The translations under genes were made by a program, and so were the position numbers. DNA of 64,000 bases from Octopus bimaculoides (Eukaryota), in the NCBI RefSeq assembly GCF_001194135.2, contig NC_068985.1:39918319-39982318 (forward strand), written 5' to 3'. Positions 37,547-51,039 of this stretch are shown piece after piece (positions within the stretch are counted from its first letter, which is position 1; every line of letters starts with the position of its first letter). Under the pieces are notes generated by a model that saw nothing but the letters and a program-made list of their open reading frames with translations, did no database searches and was not told the DNA's origin.

Positions 37547-37756
37547 CAGCTTTATATTACATTAATCTTAATCTTATTTCGGCCAGAGTTCTTTCGTCGT
37601 GTCTGTGTCTTTTGTAAGTGCATGTGTGTATGGGGAGTGTCTGTATCACCTATATACTCTGTTAATACGTGTTCATTTGTATTTGTTTTTATTTATTTAT
37701 GTGTGACGAAAGAACTCTGGCCGAAATAAGATTAAGATTAATGTAATATAAAGCTG
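37547..37756. repeat. perfect 52-bp inverted repeat (37547-37598 / 37705-37756) with 106-bp spacer; MITE candidate
   Basis: CAGCTTTATATTACATTAATCTTAATCTTATTTCGGCCAGAGTTCTTTCGTC and its exact reverse complement. The right arm abuts an N gap. Confidence 0.85.
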
Positions 37757-38031
37757 NNNNNNNNNNNNNNNNNNNNNNNNNNNNNNNNNNNNNNNNNNNN
37801 NNNNNNNNNNNNNNNNNNNNNNNNNNNNNNNNNNNNNNNNNNNNNNNNNNNNNNNNNNNNNNNNNNNNNNNNNNNNNNNNNNNNNNNNNNNNNNNNNNNN
37901 NNNNNNNNNNNNNNNNNNNNNNNNNNNNNNNNNNNNNNNNNNNNNNNNNNNNNNNNNNNNNNNNNNNNNNNNNNNNNNNNNNNNNNNNNNNNNNNNNNNN
38001 NNNNNNNNNNNNNNNNNNNNNNNNNNNNNNN

Positions 38032-38077
<46 letters not shown>

Positions 38078-38614
38078 GCCCTTTGCTTCTCAACTGAGAG
38101 TAGGAGATGATGTAGAGGACAGGTGGATGTAACATATTGTAATTGTAGCTAATGACTGTGGTGGTGGAGTTTATTAGATGTTATTTAGATCTAATGGGTC
38201 CTGACTGGGTAGACTATCCTATAAAAGGTAGATTATGACTCCACCAGCTTTCTCTTGCATACTGTGTAACTAAGACTACACTCACTATCCAATACATTCC
38301 TCCTTTTTCAAAATGGCAGGGTATGATTTGAGGGAGATTGAGCTGCCATTTCTAGCAAGTTGGGTGACACATGTAGTGACTAGTGAATGGAGAATAGTTG
38401 TGATAGCTGGCAGATGATGTTTAGTTCCAGGTCGATCTTGATCCAACAAGCCTACAAGTATAATGACAGATTTGTTCCAGTCTTTACCTAATTCTATCTT
38501 TTATTCAGATCACAGTCTGATGTGATTTTAGCAGAGATTTGGCCCCTAATATTAACTGATTGAAGTGACACCCTCCTTAGCAATAGAAATGGTGGTGGAG
38601 ATGCTGGTTGTAAT

Positions 38615-38680
<66 letters not shown>
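38615..38680. repeat. (GTA)22 microsatellite
   Basis: Pure trinucleotide run. Confidence 0.95.
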
Positions 38681-39150
38681 ACAGCACAAGTATAATAGTT
38701 GATGAAGATGGTGGTGGCTGAGGCTGCAAAGAATGCAAGAAATTGTGAAGGGGAAGGATGGATTACACATATTTTCTGTGTCCTTTCAATGAACCAAGTA
38801 AAATGTGCTGCTGAAGATTAATATCACTTCCAACTGCATTTCACATTTTTTAGCAAGAATTAGTCATTTACAAAATGATTGTTTACATAGAGTGTAATAG
38901 TAATTAATAAAAAAATTATTTACATTTAGCTTATTACTTTAAATATGTTAGTGTCCTATAAAACAGGATTTAGTCTACTTTTTCTTTTAGGTATTTATAT
39001 ATTTATGTTCAACCTTAGCTCTTCTCATTCTTCAAACATTCAAATAGGTCACTTATAAAACAAGATCACAGCCAATGAAACAGCTTCAATGCAATTGCTC
39101 AACATACTAGAAATAACAAACAAATATCTCCCTTAAATCATACCCTATCA

Positions 39151-39653
39151 CAGTGACTCCCAATCTTTTCACTATCAAAGACCCCTTTTATTCAAATGAA
39201 TTTTCCCACTTCTGTGGGGACCAGCATATCAAAAAAGAGACTCAACATGTTGTAAAAGGTGACTAAAGGAGGTTGAGGTAGGATTTGTACTCCAGCCTCG
39301 TAAAACCCTAATCAGTTACAACTAACCAAACAGACATGGGTTGAAGGGTTGTTACCTAAGTGATGCAAAGGTGACATCTGCAAGGAGTAAGGAATCACCA
39401 ATAAATGGTGAGTGCAATGACACACTGTTACAATGCATGCCTCCATGCTTTTGAAAAATTGTTTTTATTAACTAGCAACAAAGTTGTTTTCCCAGTTTCA
39501 TCTCTTAATTGAAAGATATATGGTAACTGAATAATTATATGTAACTGAGAAATTATAATGCACCACTTTAAAATTCTGAATTCAGCTAACCATCTCCAGT
39601 ACCTAATTTGTGGGACCTCAGTTGTCTGCAGATCCCCAGGTTAGGAACTGCTA
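39151..39653. mobile_element. old hAT-like MITE
   Basis: Degenerate TIRs CAGTGACTCCCAATCT / AGGTTAGGAACTGCTA. Flanks CCCTATCA and CCCATTCA match 6/8, consistent with an 8-bp TSD. Confidence 0.45.
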
Positions 39654-39971
39654 CCCATTCATCTCAGGTGTCTCTGAAATACTAAATGATTTATAGCCTT
39701 CAGCCAGATTGAGACTCATCCCCAAGAAGAAATTGCACAGTACCACAAGTAGAACTCCCAGACAAAATGATTTAAAGGCATTCCACATTGGAGTTGATTT
39801 GCTTAAAGTTTTAGGTATGTACTTTTACCTAAAGTACTTAAACATACAGATATACTAAGCCTGATTCAACCAACTATACCACATCTTGAAATATATGGCA
39901 TTGATTGCTATCAGTCAATGTACTAACCTTTATTTGTGTGGGATATATATATAATACATCAATATACATAA

Positions 39972-40126
39972 CAGGTGTAGCTGTGTGGTAAGAAAATTGC
40001 TTGCCAACTACATGATCTTGGTTTCAGTCCTGCTGTGTGGCACTTTGGACATATGCCGTCTACTATACTCTCAGGCCAACCAAAGCCTTGTGATTGGATT
40101 GGTAAATAGAAACTGAAAGAAACCTG

Positions 40127-40162
<36 letters not shown>

Positions 40163-40405
40163 ATGTGTGCGTGTGTGTTTGTGCTTTTGTGTCTGTGTTT
40201 GTCCCCTACCACCATTTCACAACCGGTGTTGGTGTGTTTACATCTTTACATCCCTGCAACCTAGTAGTTCAGCAAAAGGTATTGATAGAATAAGTACTAG
40301 GGTTAAAAGAAAAAGAAAGTATTGGGGTCATTTCATTCAGTTAAAAATTTTTCAAGGCGGTACCCCAGGATGGCCATAGTCTAATGACTGGAACAACTAA
40401 AGATA
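39972..40405 (+). mobile_element. SINE family A, diverged
   Basis: GCTGTGTGGTAAGAA head, (TG)n centre, AGAATAAGTACTAGG and ATGGCC..AATGACTG tail. Confidence 0.75.
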
Positions 40406-40656
40406 CCAGATACATATTTAGATCAGTTCAAATACTACTATATNNNNNNNNNNNNNNNNNNNNNNNNNNNNNNNNNNNNNNNNNNNNNNNNNNNNNNNNN
40501 NNNNNNNNNNNNNNNNNNNNNNNNNNNNNNNNNNNNNNNNNNNNNNNNNNNNTATATATATATATTTATATATATATATATTTATATACATATATATATA
40601 TATATGCACCAGCATGACCGCAGCCACTTGGCTGAAACACATAAATAAATAAATAA

Positions 40657-40692
<36 letters not shown>

Positions 40693-41659
40693 CCAGTTTA
40701 AAGGTGAAATCTTGAATTAAACAATTACTTTGTATTTGTTCATTTAATGTCTGACTTTGCACTCTAGCATAGGATTTGACACAATTTCAAGACCAGATAC
40801 TCTTCCGGTTGCCAGCTCTTGTCTGTTTTTTGAGTCAGGGAATTGCTAAGTACCAAGAGTTTTCAAAATCACAGACAAACTGGTCGTGCTAACATCACCA
40901 CACTTCAATATTATCACTGAAGTTGTGCATGACAAACTGTTGCCTAAAAATATCATCATGATACTATCCACTAACGAAGCAGGATGTTGTGGCCAAAAGC
41001 CTCTATATACAACACAATTCATAGAAAGGACAGTCTTCAATATTGATATATAAAAAATTACTGTAACATGGAAGGCATACTCACCCATAGTATGAAATAA
41101 TATTGGTGACATGCTCATGTCAAAATCCCTGTAAAATAAGCACAACAGATTAGTCATACTGCTCTGGGACAGAAAAGAAATAGTACACAGTAGCAAAAAA
41201 ATCACTTGTCTAGCACATGTTAAAGTAATTTTAGAAATTAAAGAAAAACAGAAAAAAAAAACATCTGCAACAAATTAATTAGGAATCTGCAGATATTAGA
41301 CTCAGACTAATTTTAAATTCATATCTGTGACTATTAGAGCACTTAGTAACATTTGCCTTGGTACCATTCTTGAGACGTTGGGCTTCACAAAACTAGAGAG
41401 AACACAACTGATCAGAAAACTCTAATTACTAACCATTATATATAGACATGTAATCTCTCTCTCTCTCTCTCTACCTATCTATCTATCTATCTATCTCTCT
41501 CTCNNNNNNNNNNNNNNNNNNNNNNNNNNNNNNNNNNNNNNNNNNNNNNNNNNNNNNNNNNNNNNNNNNNNNNNNNNNNNNNNNNNNNNNNNNNNNNNNN
41601 NNNAATTGATTTTAATTGAGTTTTTACCTATAATTTTGGATTTTATCCCTAATGTTTGT

Positions 41660-42475
41660 ATGGTGCATTTTACAGGCCACTGGCATGGGAGCCAGTCTAG
41701 TGGGACTGGCATTGACCATGCTCGAATGGTCCTTTTCATGTTCCACTGGCACAGGTGCCAGTTAGATGGTACTAGTGTCAGTCACAATAATGATTTGACT
41801 TGACTCAGCAGGTCTTCTCGAGCATAGTTTATTGCCCAATGATTGAAGGGTACTCTTAAATGGGCTGGTTATGTGACACTGGCATAGGCCACGGTTACAG
41901 TCTCACTTGGCTTGCCAGGTCTTCTCAAGCAGAGCATATCTCCAAAGGTCTTGGTCGCTTGTCATTGCTTCTGCGAGGCCCAACATTCAAAGGATGTGCT
42001 TCACCACCTCATCCCATGTCTTCCTGGGTCTACCTCTTCCACAAGTTCTCTCCACTGTTTCCGTTTGACACTTTTTCACACAGCTGTCCTTCTCTATACA
42101 CATCACCTGCCCATACCAGCACAGTCGTCTCTCTTGCACACCACATCTGATGCTTCTTATGTCCAACTTTTCTCTCAGGGAGCTTACACTCTGTCGTTTA
42201 TGCACACTGACATTTCACATCCAGTGGAGCATACTAGCTTCATTCCTTGCAAGCGTATGCATGTTCTCAGCAGTCACAGCCCATGTCTCACTGCTGTGTA
42301 ACATGGCTGTTCGCACACATGCATCATACAGTCTATCTTTCACTCTGAGTAGGAGGCTCTTTCTTACCAGCAGAGGTAGGAGCTCGCTGAACTTTGACCA
42401 GGCTATTCTTATTCTAGCAGCTATGATCTCAGAGCATCCACCCCAGTTACTGACTTGGTCACCTAGGTAACAGAA
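41660..42475 (-). mobile_element. RTE-clade LINE 3' end (RT C-terminus and 3' UTR)
   Basis: ARIRIAWSKFSELLPLLV.K.LL.RVK.RLYDA...QERRLCWYGQV...GRGRPRKTWDEVV. Confidence 0.85.
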
Positions 42476-43637
42476 GCTATGAAACTACTTCAAGTTTTCC
42501 CCCTGGCACATTTTCAGTGTTTATTACCCCTGTGCATTTGCCACATATATCGTCATCACATACATACATACATAAACTTATCTTCATACATACATACATA
42601 CATACATACATAAACTCATGTCCATACACACACACATACACACATTTTCAGCAACTTTAGTTGCTGAACCAAGAGCTGTATGGTAGCCATCAGCTTATTG
42701 AAATTACCCGTGATTTCAATATGTGACAAAGTGTGTAACTTACAATGTTGACAAATCTATTTTATCGTATATTGTCCACTTTTTTGTCATTTATACTAGC
42801 TGCATAAATGCTGAAGCTTACTAACTTTCTACACTTGGATCTCAATAGCATGTTCTTTGAGAGTGACTTTGCAGCTTTTTCTGGCTGGTAAGTAACAATG
42901 CAGACATTCTCTTGTTGGCTCATATATCATGCTTTCCTGTTGTTCGACCCTAAATGAGTAGACATGAACAAAAGCAGCCCTGTCATGATCATCTCACTGT
43001 TCTTTTTTTTGTGTGGGGGGGGAGGTTATTTTTGCACTTTTTTTTTCTGTGTATATAGAACAATCATTTCCATCCAACATATCTCCCTAGTTCAAGAGGG
43101 AAATTTTGTTTTTGCTGCTATTTCTAGTAAATTGTATGCAACCCTGTAGTGGCTCCTTCCTTTCAGCATTTTCTTATGGTTGTGTTTGTTTTGAGCTTAA
43201 AATTCTATTGAAATTGCCTTCGCTTGCCATTCTCTTGAGTCAAAAAAAAAGAAGAAAAAAAAACAACAAAATAGGCATACACTGGAGTAGAGTACAATCC
43301 ACTACACACCCTATCCTGTAAATTAATGGCCTTGTGTCACAATGAGTAATCAAGTAAAGAAAGTGAAGCAGAAACTGATGTTGCGGAGGGAAAGAGAGAG
43401 AGAGAGAGAGACAGACAGCCAGACAGACAGACAAGTAGACAATGTTGTTGCATTTATTATACTCTATTGTTGACTATTTCAATTCTTTATGAGTTTAATT
43501 TATTGTAAAGAAACCAGTTTCTAAACACTATAAAAGTTTTACATTAGCAAGACATTCACTTTTCACGTGTGTGCATGTGCGTGAATAACATCACAGGCCA
43601 GCTGGATCAGGCCTGATCTGGAACAATAAAAAAAAAA

Positions 43638-43673
<36 letters not shown>

Positions 43674-44111
43674 AAAAAAATAAAGAAAGAAAGAAAGTGA
43701 GAGATGTGTGTCAGCAAGTTATTTATCAAATCCAGTGCATGTCAACACTAGTGTTGAACTGTGTGAAGAAAACAAATTCACCTAACAGGTTTGTTTCAAT
43801 ATGGTCTGACACAAACCTATGTTAATATACACTATTTTTATGTTCATATTATATATATAAATACACACACACATACCAACTAAAAATATGTATATAAATG
43901 TGTTATGAGTATTATAGGATGAAATCCTATATAAACCCAACTAACCAAGTTATTTTCATTGTTTACTATCTTCTGCACTCATGTATTTCTGTATACGTAT
44001 ATAACCATACATAGAAGGAAAATGTTAAATTTGTTGTCATAATTTTTGATTGCCATAAATTTCAGTAAAATGGATATTTCTTAATAAAATTTTCTACGAA
44101 TATGTGTTATA

Positions 44112-44335
44112 TCAGGCTAGGCTGTGGCACTTTTTCACACAGCTATCCTCATCTATTCTCGCCAAATGACCATACCAGTGCAATCGTCTCTCTTGCACAC
44201 CACAACTGATGCTTCTTAGGTCCAACTTTTCTCTCAAGGTACTTACACTCTGTCGAGTATGCACACTGACATTACACATCCATCGGAGCATACTGGCTTC
44301 ATTCCATGCAAGCTTACGCATGTCCTAAACAGACA
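44112..44335 (-). mobile_element. RTE-clade LINE fragment
   Basis: MRKLAWNEASMLRWMC...QERRLHWYGHL...CVKKC, paralogous to 41987-42300. Confidence 0.85.
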
Positions 44336-44826
44336 TATTCTTCTTTAGATGACTAGTCTTCTTCACAGATCACCACCAGTGTTGACACAACATGTTAGTT
44401 TAGATAAATAACTTCAAAGATCTCTGAGACACATACCCCTCTCTCTTACTCAGTCTATCTGCTTGCCTGCCTGCTTGTCTGCCTGTCCAACTGTCTCTTT
44501 CTCTCAGGTCAGACATGATCCAGCAGGTTATGATCAAATTTTTAGGGAGCTCTTTTAAGATAGTAGGATGTGATTTAAGGAAGATTTGGTTGTTATTTCT
44601 AACTGGTTGAACTTTGGCATAGAAATTGCCTTGTTGGCTTCCTTTAGTTATATTATGTTATATATAAATATATTATATCACACACACACACACACACACC
44701 TGCGGACTTAATGTCTTGTCAACCTTAAAACTTTTTAGTTTGTCTGGAAACTGATTTCCTTACAAAATAAATAAATATATTAAAAAAATGAAATAGATAA
44801 AAATAGAATAAATTAAATGCAACAAT

Positions 44827-45198
44827 AAGCTTGCTCCCAACCACATGGTTCCAGGTTCAGTCGCACTGCATGGCACCTTGGGCAAGTGTCTTCTACTATA
44901 GCCCCAGGCCGACCAAAGCTTTGTGAGTGGATTTGGCAGACGTAAACTGAAAGAAGCTCGCTGTATATATGTATATATATATGTATATGTTTGTGTGTCT
45001 GTGTTTGTCCCCTCATCTTTGCTTGACAACCGATATTGGTGTGTTTACATCCCTGTAACTTAGCAGTTACGCAAAAGAAACCGATAGGATAAGTACTAGG
45101 CTTACAAAGAATAAGTAAGTCCTGGGGATGATTCCTAAAGGTGGTGCTCCAGCATGGCTGCAGTCAAGTGACCAAAACAAATAAAAGAATAAAAGAAC
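44827..45198 (+). mobile_element. SINE family A
   Basis: AAGCTTGCTCCCAACCACATGGTTCC...TGGCACCTTGGGCAAGT...AAATAAAAGAATAAAAGAA. Confidence 0.85.
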
Positions 45199-45499
45199 TA
45201 TTTTGAGTCTTTTGTTTATTGTTTCTCTCTTTTAGGAAGTTACTGTTATACCAGAATGACTTTACTGGGTCAAAAAAAGGACAGTGAACCTTTGTTTGAC
45301 ATCTCTGTGGTAGTTATAATAGGGTCAAGGTAGCATATTTTGTAAGATTGTTTATCCTTGATATTTTTTGAAAGTGTACTAAACCCCATAACTCTGGATT
45401 GTACAGAGATGATAGCTAGTAATTACATACAATATGAAGGGTATGCTTGCTTCTTGCCTATGCTCTAACTTGAAGAAGCTGGGGTCATTCCAGGTTAGT

Positions 45500-45725
45500 G
45501 ATCCTAGAGACATCATCATGTGTAGAGCTGACCAAGTCCACTGGTGCTCTCCATCATTGGCAGTCATATACCAGCTCCTCAGCATCCTCCAAAGTGACAT
45601 CAAGCCTCTGGAGATCTTCCTTAAAAATGCTCAGCCATCTGGTGCACAGTCTGCCATGTGGCCTCTTACAGTTTGCAGCTTCTGCTCTGGTTAGGAGACT
45701 GAGAACATGTCCATACCAGCACATG
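45500..45725 (-). mobile_element. RTE-clade LINE C-terminal fragment (second subfamily)
   Basis: Minus strand reads CWYGHVL...KRPHGRLCTRWLSIFKEDLQRLDVTLEDAEELVYD...W. Confidence 0.6.
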
Positions 45726-46164
45726 CAATGGATAGCATTGAAGTAACAACATTAGGTGGGAGGTTGTGGACTGATGTGTGCATGTGTGCAAACAGTTCTT
45801 TGTTGGGTATTAAGAAAATTTAAGGTATTTGGCTTAAATATAACTGTAAGCATCAGCAAAACTACTGTTAACTTCCTGGATAAACTTAGGTTGAAAAATA
45901 GGCAAATACTATTCTCACAGAAATCTAAAATTTCATAAAAATTTCAACCATCACAGGCCATAATTAAAAAATTTATTGCTAGAATATATAGAGTTTGTTT
46001 ATCTTCAGAGATATATTCAACTAGGCAGCTCCCCACTATAATGACGCACAAACTAGGAGTGGTTTCAGAGAAAAATTAGTTTATATAGGTTAGATGTTGC
46101 CCACCACACAGCAGTGTGGAAGTTATGAATAGCCAGATATTTTTAAGCACTAATTTGACATCAC

Positions 46165-46640
46165 TTCCCATGCACACACAAATACCATAAATTCTCAAAC
46201 TCACAATATTAAAGTCAACATAGCTTCCTATATTAAATGCTACAGTTGCAACCCTACACAGTCACTGTCCTATCAGCCAACTCATAAGTGTCCCAACTCT
46301 ATCTACATATCCACTCAAGAGATCTTTCTACCATAAAGAAGTCATATATTGAGCAACTATAACATATGGATTGCAATGAAAGGAGTTATATAGGTCTAAC
46401 AACAAGCATCTTCACAGGTCAGATTCTTCAACATCTTCACTAATTCAGTTTAAAGAACAGGATACATTCTACCAATCTTTGACAATTTCTCTAGATACTG
46501 AAAGACTAGCATCTCCAATAACATGGAACATTGTGGAACTATGGACTTTTATTAAGCAAAAACTTCCAGAACCTGAAGCACCTTGTAATATCTCTTAACT
46601 GAAGCTCATACTTATTCTCCAATAGCCAACTCTGACAAAC
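46165..46640 (+). mobile_element. highly decayed Penelope-like GIY-YIG region (second PLE type)
   Basis: Fragments VIY.ATI...SYIGLT...ITWNIV...CNISL.E resemble the GIY-YIG plus CNLCL.EK motif. Many disruptions. Confidence 0.5.
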
Positions 46641-48389
46641 ATTGTTCTTGGGACATATTCAAAATTCCCAAATGCCCAAAAATCACAACCTATAAAAATT
46701 TACTCTAAGACAGTCTCTAAAATTTCATCAGCCCTTTGAAGTAACAACATTGAGTTTCTTGTGTTTATGATACAAGCAGTCCTAGGAGTGACTTTGCCAG
46801 ACATAACAAATCCAATCATATTACCAGTCATACCCAATAAAATTTCACCTTACAAATGCACCAATGAACTTAATAGCTTTCTAAATAAAATTCAATGGTG
46901 TAGTTTTTATTGTCTTTTAGTTCCAGGTTAACTCTGGTCCAGTAATCCAATGACCAAAAGTATTTCTGTCATTTTCTCAGAAATATTCGAAGAACTATAT
47001 TGCATATATAACTTCAAACATAATGTTTGTAGAACTACATTATCCAATGTGTTCTTCCATTTTAAGATTGTATGTGTGAACTGAAGGAGATTTGGTTGCT
47101 TTATCTAGTATGTTGAGCAATCCTGTAGAAGCTCTCTCATTAGCTCATGTTGGATTTTGTTGTAGTCAAATTACTTTTGTTAATACAGACACTAAGTCTT
47201 TTGTTTAAAGGTCTTCAGATTTCAGTGTTCAAAGAATGAAACTGCCATTAATGAAAATACATCAATGAGAGCCATGTCGTAAAGTAGTATATGGAAATAT
47301 TTCTGTTAAAATAAATGTTTTGATTAACAAAACTGGCATAAAGTAGCATCAGAAGTAAACAGAGGAAAATAAAACTATAACAGGAAAGGTTATCATAGAA
47401 TAGAAAAGGTAAAAAAAAAAAAAGACAGAAGCTAAATATACATAGATGTGTTGTGTGTGACATTATGCTGATCCAAAGGTGGAGTGGTTGGGAGAGCTTT
47501 GCACACTTAACATTAAGTTTGAAATGTTGGAGGTTATAGTAATTGGAATTAATTTTCAGTAATTATATTCCTCTTACAAAGTGAACATGCATGAAAGTTG
47601 GTATTTCCAAGTCATTTTGCTTCATTCAGTTAAGATTTTTATCCATTTCTGTATGAAAGTTCAAAGGATATTTGAAATAATAGAGTACTAGATTTACTGA
47701 TTCCCTTTAAAAAAAAAAACAACATAGAATATAGCACACAGACACAGACAGACAGACACACACACACACACTGGTGTATATATAAACAGGGACTGGTGTA
47801 TAATTTAAGTTACAGAACATGCATACATATGCACAAAAGTACATATATACTGTACAAAGAGACACTACAATAACAGAACTTGCATAATCAGTTAATGCAC
47901 ACACTGAAGTCTGTATCAAAGTAGTCTTGTAGGTAATTCAGTGAAAAAGTACCTGGAGCAAAACAAAACAAAAATGAATTCCTTCCTAAAACAGTCAACA
48001 ATTAGATTGATGTACTGGGCAATGGTCCTTCCACAGGAAAGAGAGAGAGAGAGAAAATATTTTTGGAAGGAGAGACGAAATGTAATTTGCTTTGGGAAGT
48101 GTTTCACATTGTGGAAAAGTAGAAGGGATTGAAGAAGCGGAGGATGTGGAGAACATTGTGCAACAAAAGAGTGGAGCAAGGAGTTAAATTAGGCGCAAGG
48201 GTGTGTATGCATGTGAAGCATGAGTGCATCATATATATAAGTGTGTGTGTGCGTGCATGCGTGTGTGTGTAGGAGGTTTGTATGCATATGTGTTGTGCGG
48301 GTATGAAACTTTATACGTGTGTTTATAAATGTAGATGTGGACATATGTTGGTAGAGAAATGTGGCTCAGTTATATACTATACAAATACT

Positions 48390-48597
48390 GGTTTCAAATT
48401 TTGGCACAAGGTCAGAAATTTCGGGGATAAGTTGATTACATCAACCCCAGTGTTTAACTGGTACTTATTTTATCAACCCTGAATGGGATAAAGTGCAAAG
48501 TCAAGCTTAGTGGAATTTAAATTCAGAACGTAAAGATGGATGAAATGCCACTAAGCATTTTGGCTGGCATCCTAACAATTCTGCCAGCTCGCCACCT
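48390..48597 (-). mobile_element. SINE family B, full length with 17-bp TSD
   Basis: Minus-strand head AGGTGGCGAGCTGGCAGAATTGTTAG. Flanking direct repeat TATACTATACAAATACT at 48373-48389 and 48598-48614. Confidence 0.85.
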
Positions 48598-49124
48598 TAT
48601 ACTATACAAATACTAAAGTGACAGATTAGTTATTGTTTACATGGCAACTGGGATGTAAGAAAACCATGGTGTAATACAATATTTCTGTAACTCACCATTT
48701 GCAGATTTTTGTTTAGTTTTTTGCCATGCTAAGGGCAGTTCATTTTACTTCAGGAAGTTTATTTCTTAATAGTTTTGGGGTTTAACAGTATATAATTCAA
48801 TGCACTTAACTTCGAAGCAACACAGTTATGTTTATATTTTATTGCATTTTTCTGAGGNNNNNNNNNNNNNNNNNNNNNNNNNNNNNNNNNNNNNNNNNNN
48901 NNNNNNNNNNNNNNNNNNNNNNNNNNNNNNNNNNNNNNNNNNNNNNNNNNNNNNNNNNNNNNNNNNNNNNNNNNNNNNNNNNNNNNNNNNNNNNNNNNNN
49001 NNNNNNNNNNNNNNNNNNNNNNNNNNNNNNNNNNNNNNNNNNNNNNNNNNNNNNNNNNNNNNNNNNNNNNNNNNNNNNNNNNNNNNNNNNNNNNNNNNNN
49101 NNNNNNNNNNNNNNNNNNNNNNNN

Positions 49125-49420
49125 CATCATCATCGTTTAACGTCCGCTTTCCATGCTAGCATGGGTTGGACGATTTGACTGAGGACTGGTGAAACCGGAT
49201 GGCAACACCAGGCTCCAGTCTGATTTGGCAGAGTTTCTACAGCTGGATGCCCTTCCTAACGCCAACCACTCAGAGAGTGTAGTGGGTGCTTTTACGTGTC
49301 ACCCGCACGAAAACGGCCACGCTCGAAATGGTGTCTTTTATGTGCCACCCGCACAAGCCAGTCCAGGGGCACTGGCAACGATCTCGCTCGAAAATCCTAC
49401 AGGAGCCAGTCAGGCGGTAC
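49125..49420 (-). mobile_element. RTE LINE 3' UTR with (GAT)n tail
   Basis: Reverse complement of 62602-62923, beginning CATCATCATCGTTTAACGTCC. Confidence 0.8.
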
Positions 49421-50689
49421 TGTACATGAAGTATTACAATGTTACGTTCTTTGATTATCTACCTTGGAAACACGTTCATCATTTCCACTTAACCCATGGT
49501 GGCATTGCTGTTTCCAGAATTTATTTTCGTTTCTCTATTAGTAATTTTACTCTCATATCTATCTTAAAATGAGCTGCTTAGCAGAGATCTGCGGAGGATG
49601 ACATGACAAACTTTGACTATAGGGATCGACTCAAAAATCTCAGGCTTTGCTCCCTCCACCGCCGCTGTGAAACTAGCTTGCTGTTGTCATTGATGTATTA
49701 TAACTGCTTCAGATGATTCTTGTTTTTAAAGGGTTTTTTTTTTAATTATATACATTTGATGCTTTAAATATTACAACAAAATCACTTTTGATGGTAAACA
49801 AAATTCAACATGAGCCAACATGACTTTCCTATTTCTAGTAGGTTAACTGACTTTGTTTAGAAACTCTACATGATTAATAAACCTGCAAGAAATAGCAGTT
49901 GAATCTCTCTCAAATCACACAAATTTCAAAAGAAAGATATATCATTGTATAATGTAGTCTTGAGTGCAGGATGTTTGAAATCATCCACCACAAGTGTTGG
50001 ACTGTGCTTTCAGTCAAGAGTGTTTTTGTCAATATAGGCATTGAGTCTTCAGTGAAAAGTTATATGATAAAGAAGTGATTATCTTCATATTTCAGTATTA
50101 AAGAATGAAGGTATTTGGTAATGAAAGTAAATCGATAGGAGTCTCATTGTATAGCAAGCAGCGCCATGGAAACATTCAAAGTATTTATTCAATTTTTTAA
50201 CTCATTCATTTATTGTTTTAAAAAATAAGTCAAATTATTCAATCTTTCTAAAGAAAAGAATAGGATGTGAATTATTTCTCAAGGTTATAATTGTGAACCA
50301 GGTTCACTCTGAAATGCAATTAGCTTGTTTTTCCAGTGAATTAAAAAAAAAAAATTTGAGTCAGTAAATAAATTATAATAAGTTTTGTTATTTAACTCTC
50401 AGCAATGAGAGAATGTTTTCAATTGAATTAGCCTTCTAGTCTGACAACACTAAACAACAATTCTTCTAAAATAAGAGAAATAATTCCATTTTTATTCTCA
50501 CAGTCAGAAGTTAAATAAGAGAAAATTATATAAAATATGATGAATTAATTCACTGCTTTTAATCTTCATTTAAGTTACTCAAGACTAAAAACTTTCAACA
50601 TGTTGCTGAGAAAATCTCAGCAATAGGTTCACTTAGAGACTCAGATCTTTTCCATTCTGCATAGTTTGATCTCCACTAATATATCTAAG

Positions 50690-50815
50690 GTGGCTGTCAA
50701 GCAAATACTCCTTTGTCTCTTTCATCATCCAAATCAGCAGTATCCACCACTCTTGATCAATGCTTGAAGTATATTCTCCAGTGACAGGATCAACAAAATA
50801 CTGTGAATGATAGCA
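50690..50815 (-). pseudogene. probable Merlin/ISXO2-type transposase remnant
   Basis: HSQYFVDPVTGEYTSSIDQEW (50809-50747) resembles the Merlin motif NHS..FVDP.TG.HT..IE..W. Downstream LLDSHL. Confidence 0.5.
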
Positions 50816-50969
50816 TAATGCTGAAGAGATCACTTTGTCCAATACACTTATACACTGTACATTGATTTGATCTACACATATTACAAGTGCAATATTTTAG
50901 CAAATTATCAACAGCAAAGTATTAGCATCATACTGATATACTCACAAACAGCAAATTTTTGTAATGCTG

Positions 50970-51039
50970 AATATGTACAGAGCAACAATTCATCAATCAT
51001 AGTTAATATGTACAGAGCAACAATTCATCAATCATAGTT
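50970..51039. repeat. 35-bp perfect tandem duplication
   Basis: AATATGTACAGAGCAACAATTCATCAATCATAGTT x2. Confidence 0.9.
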
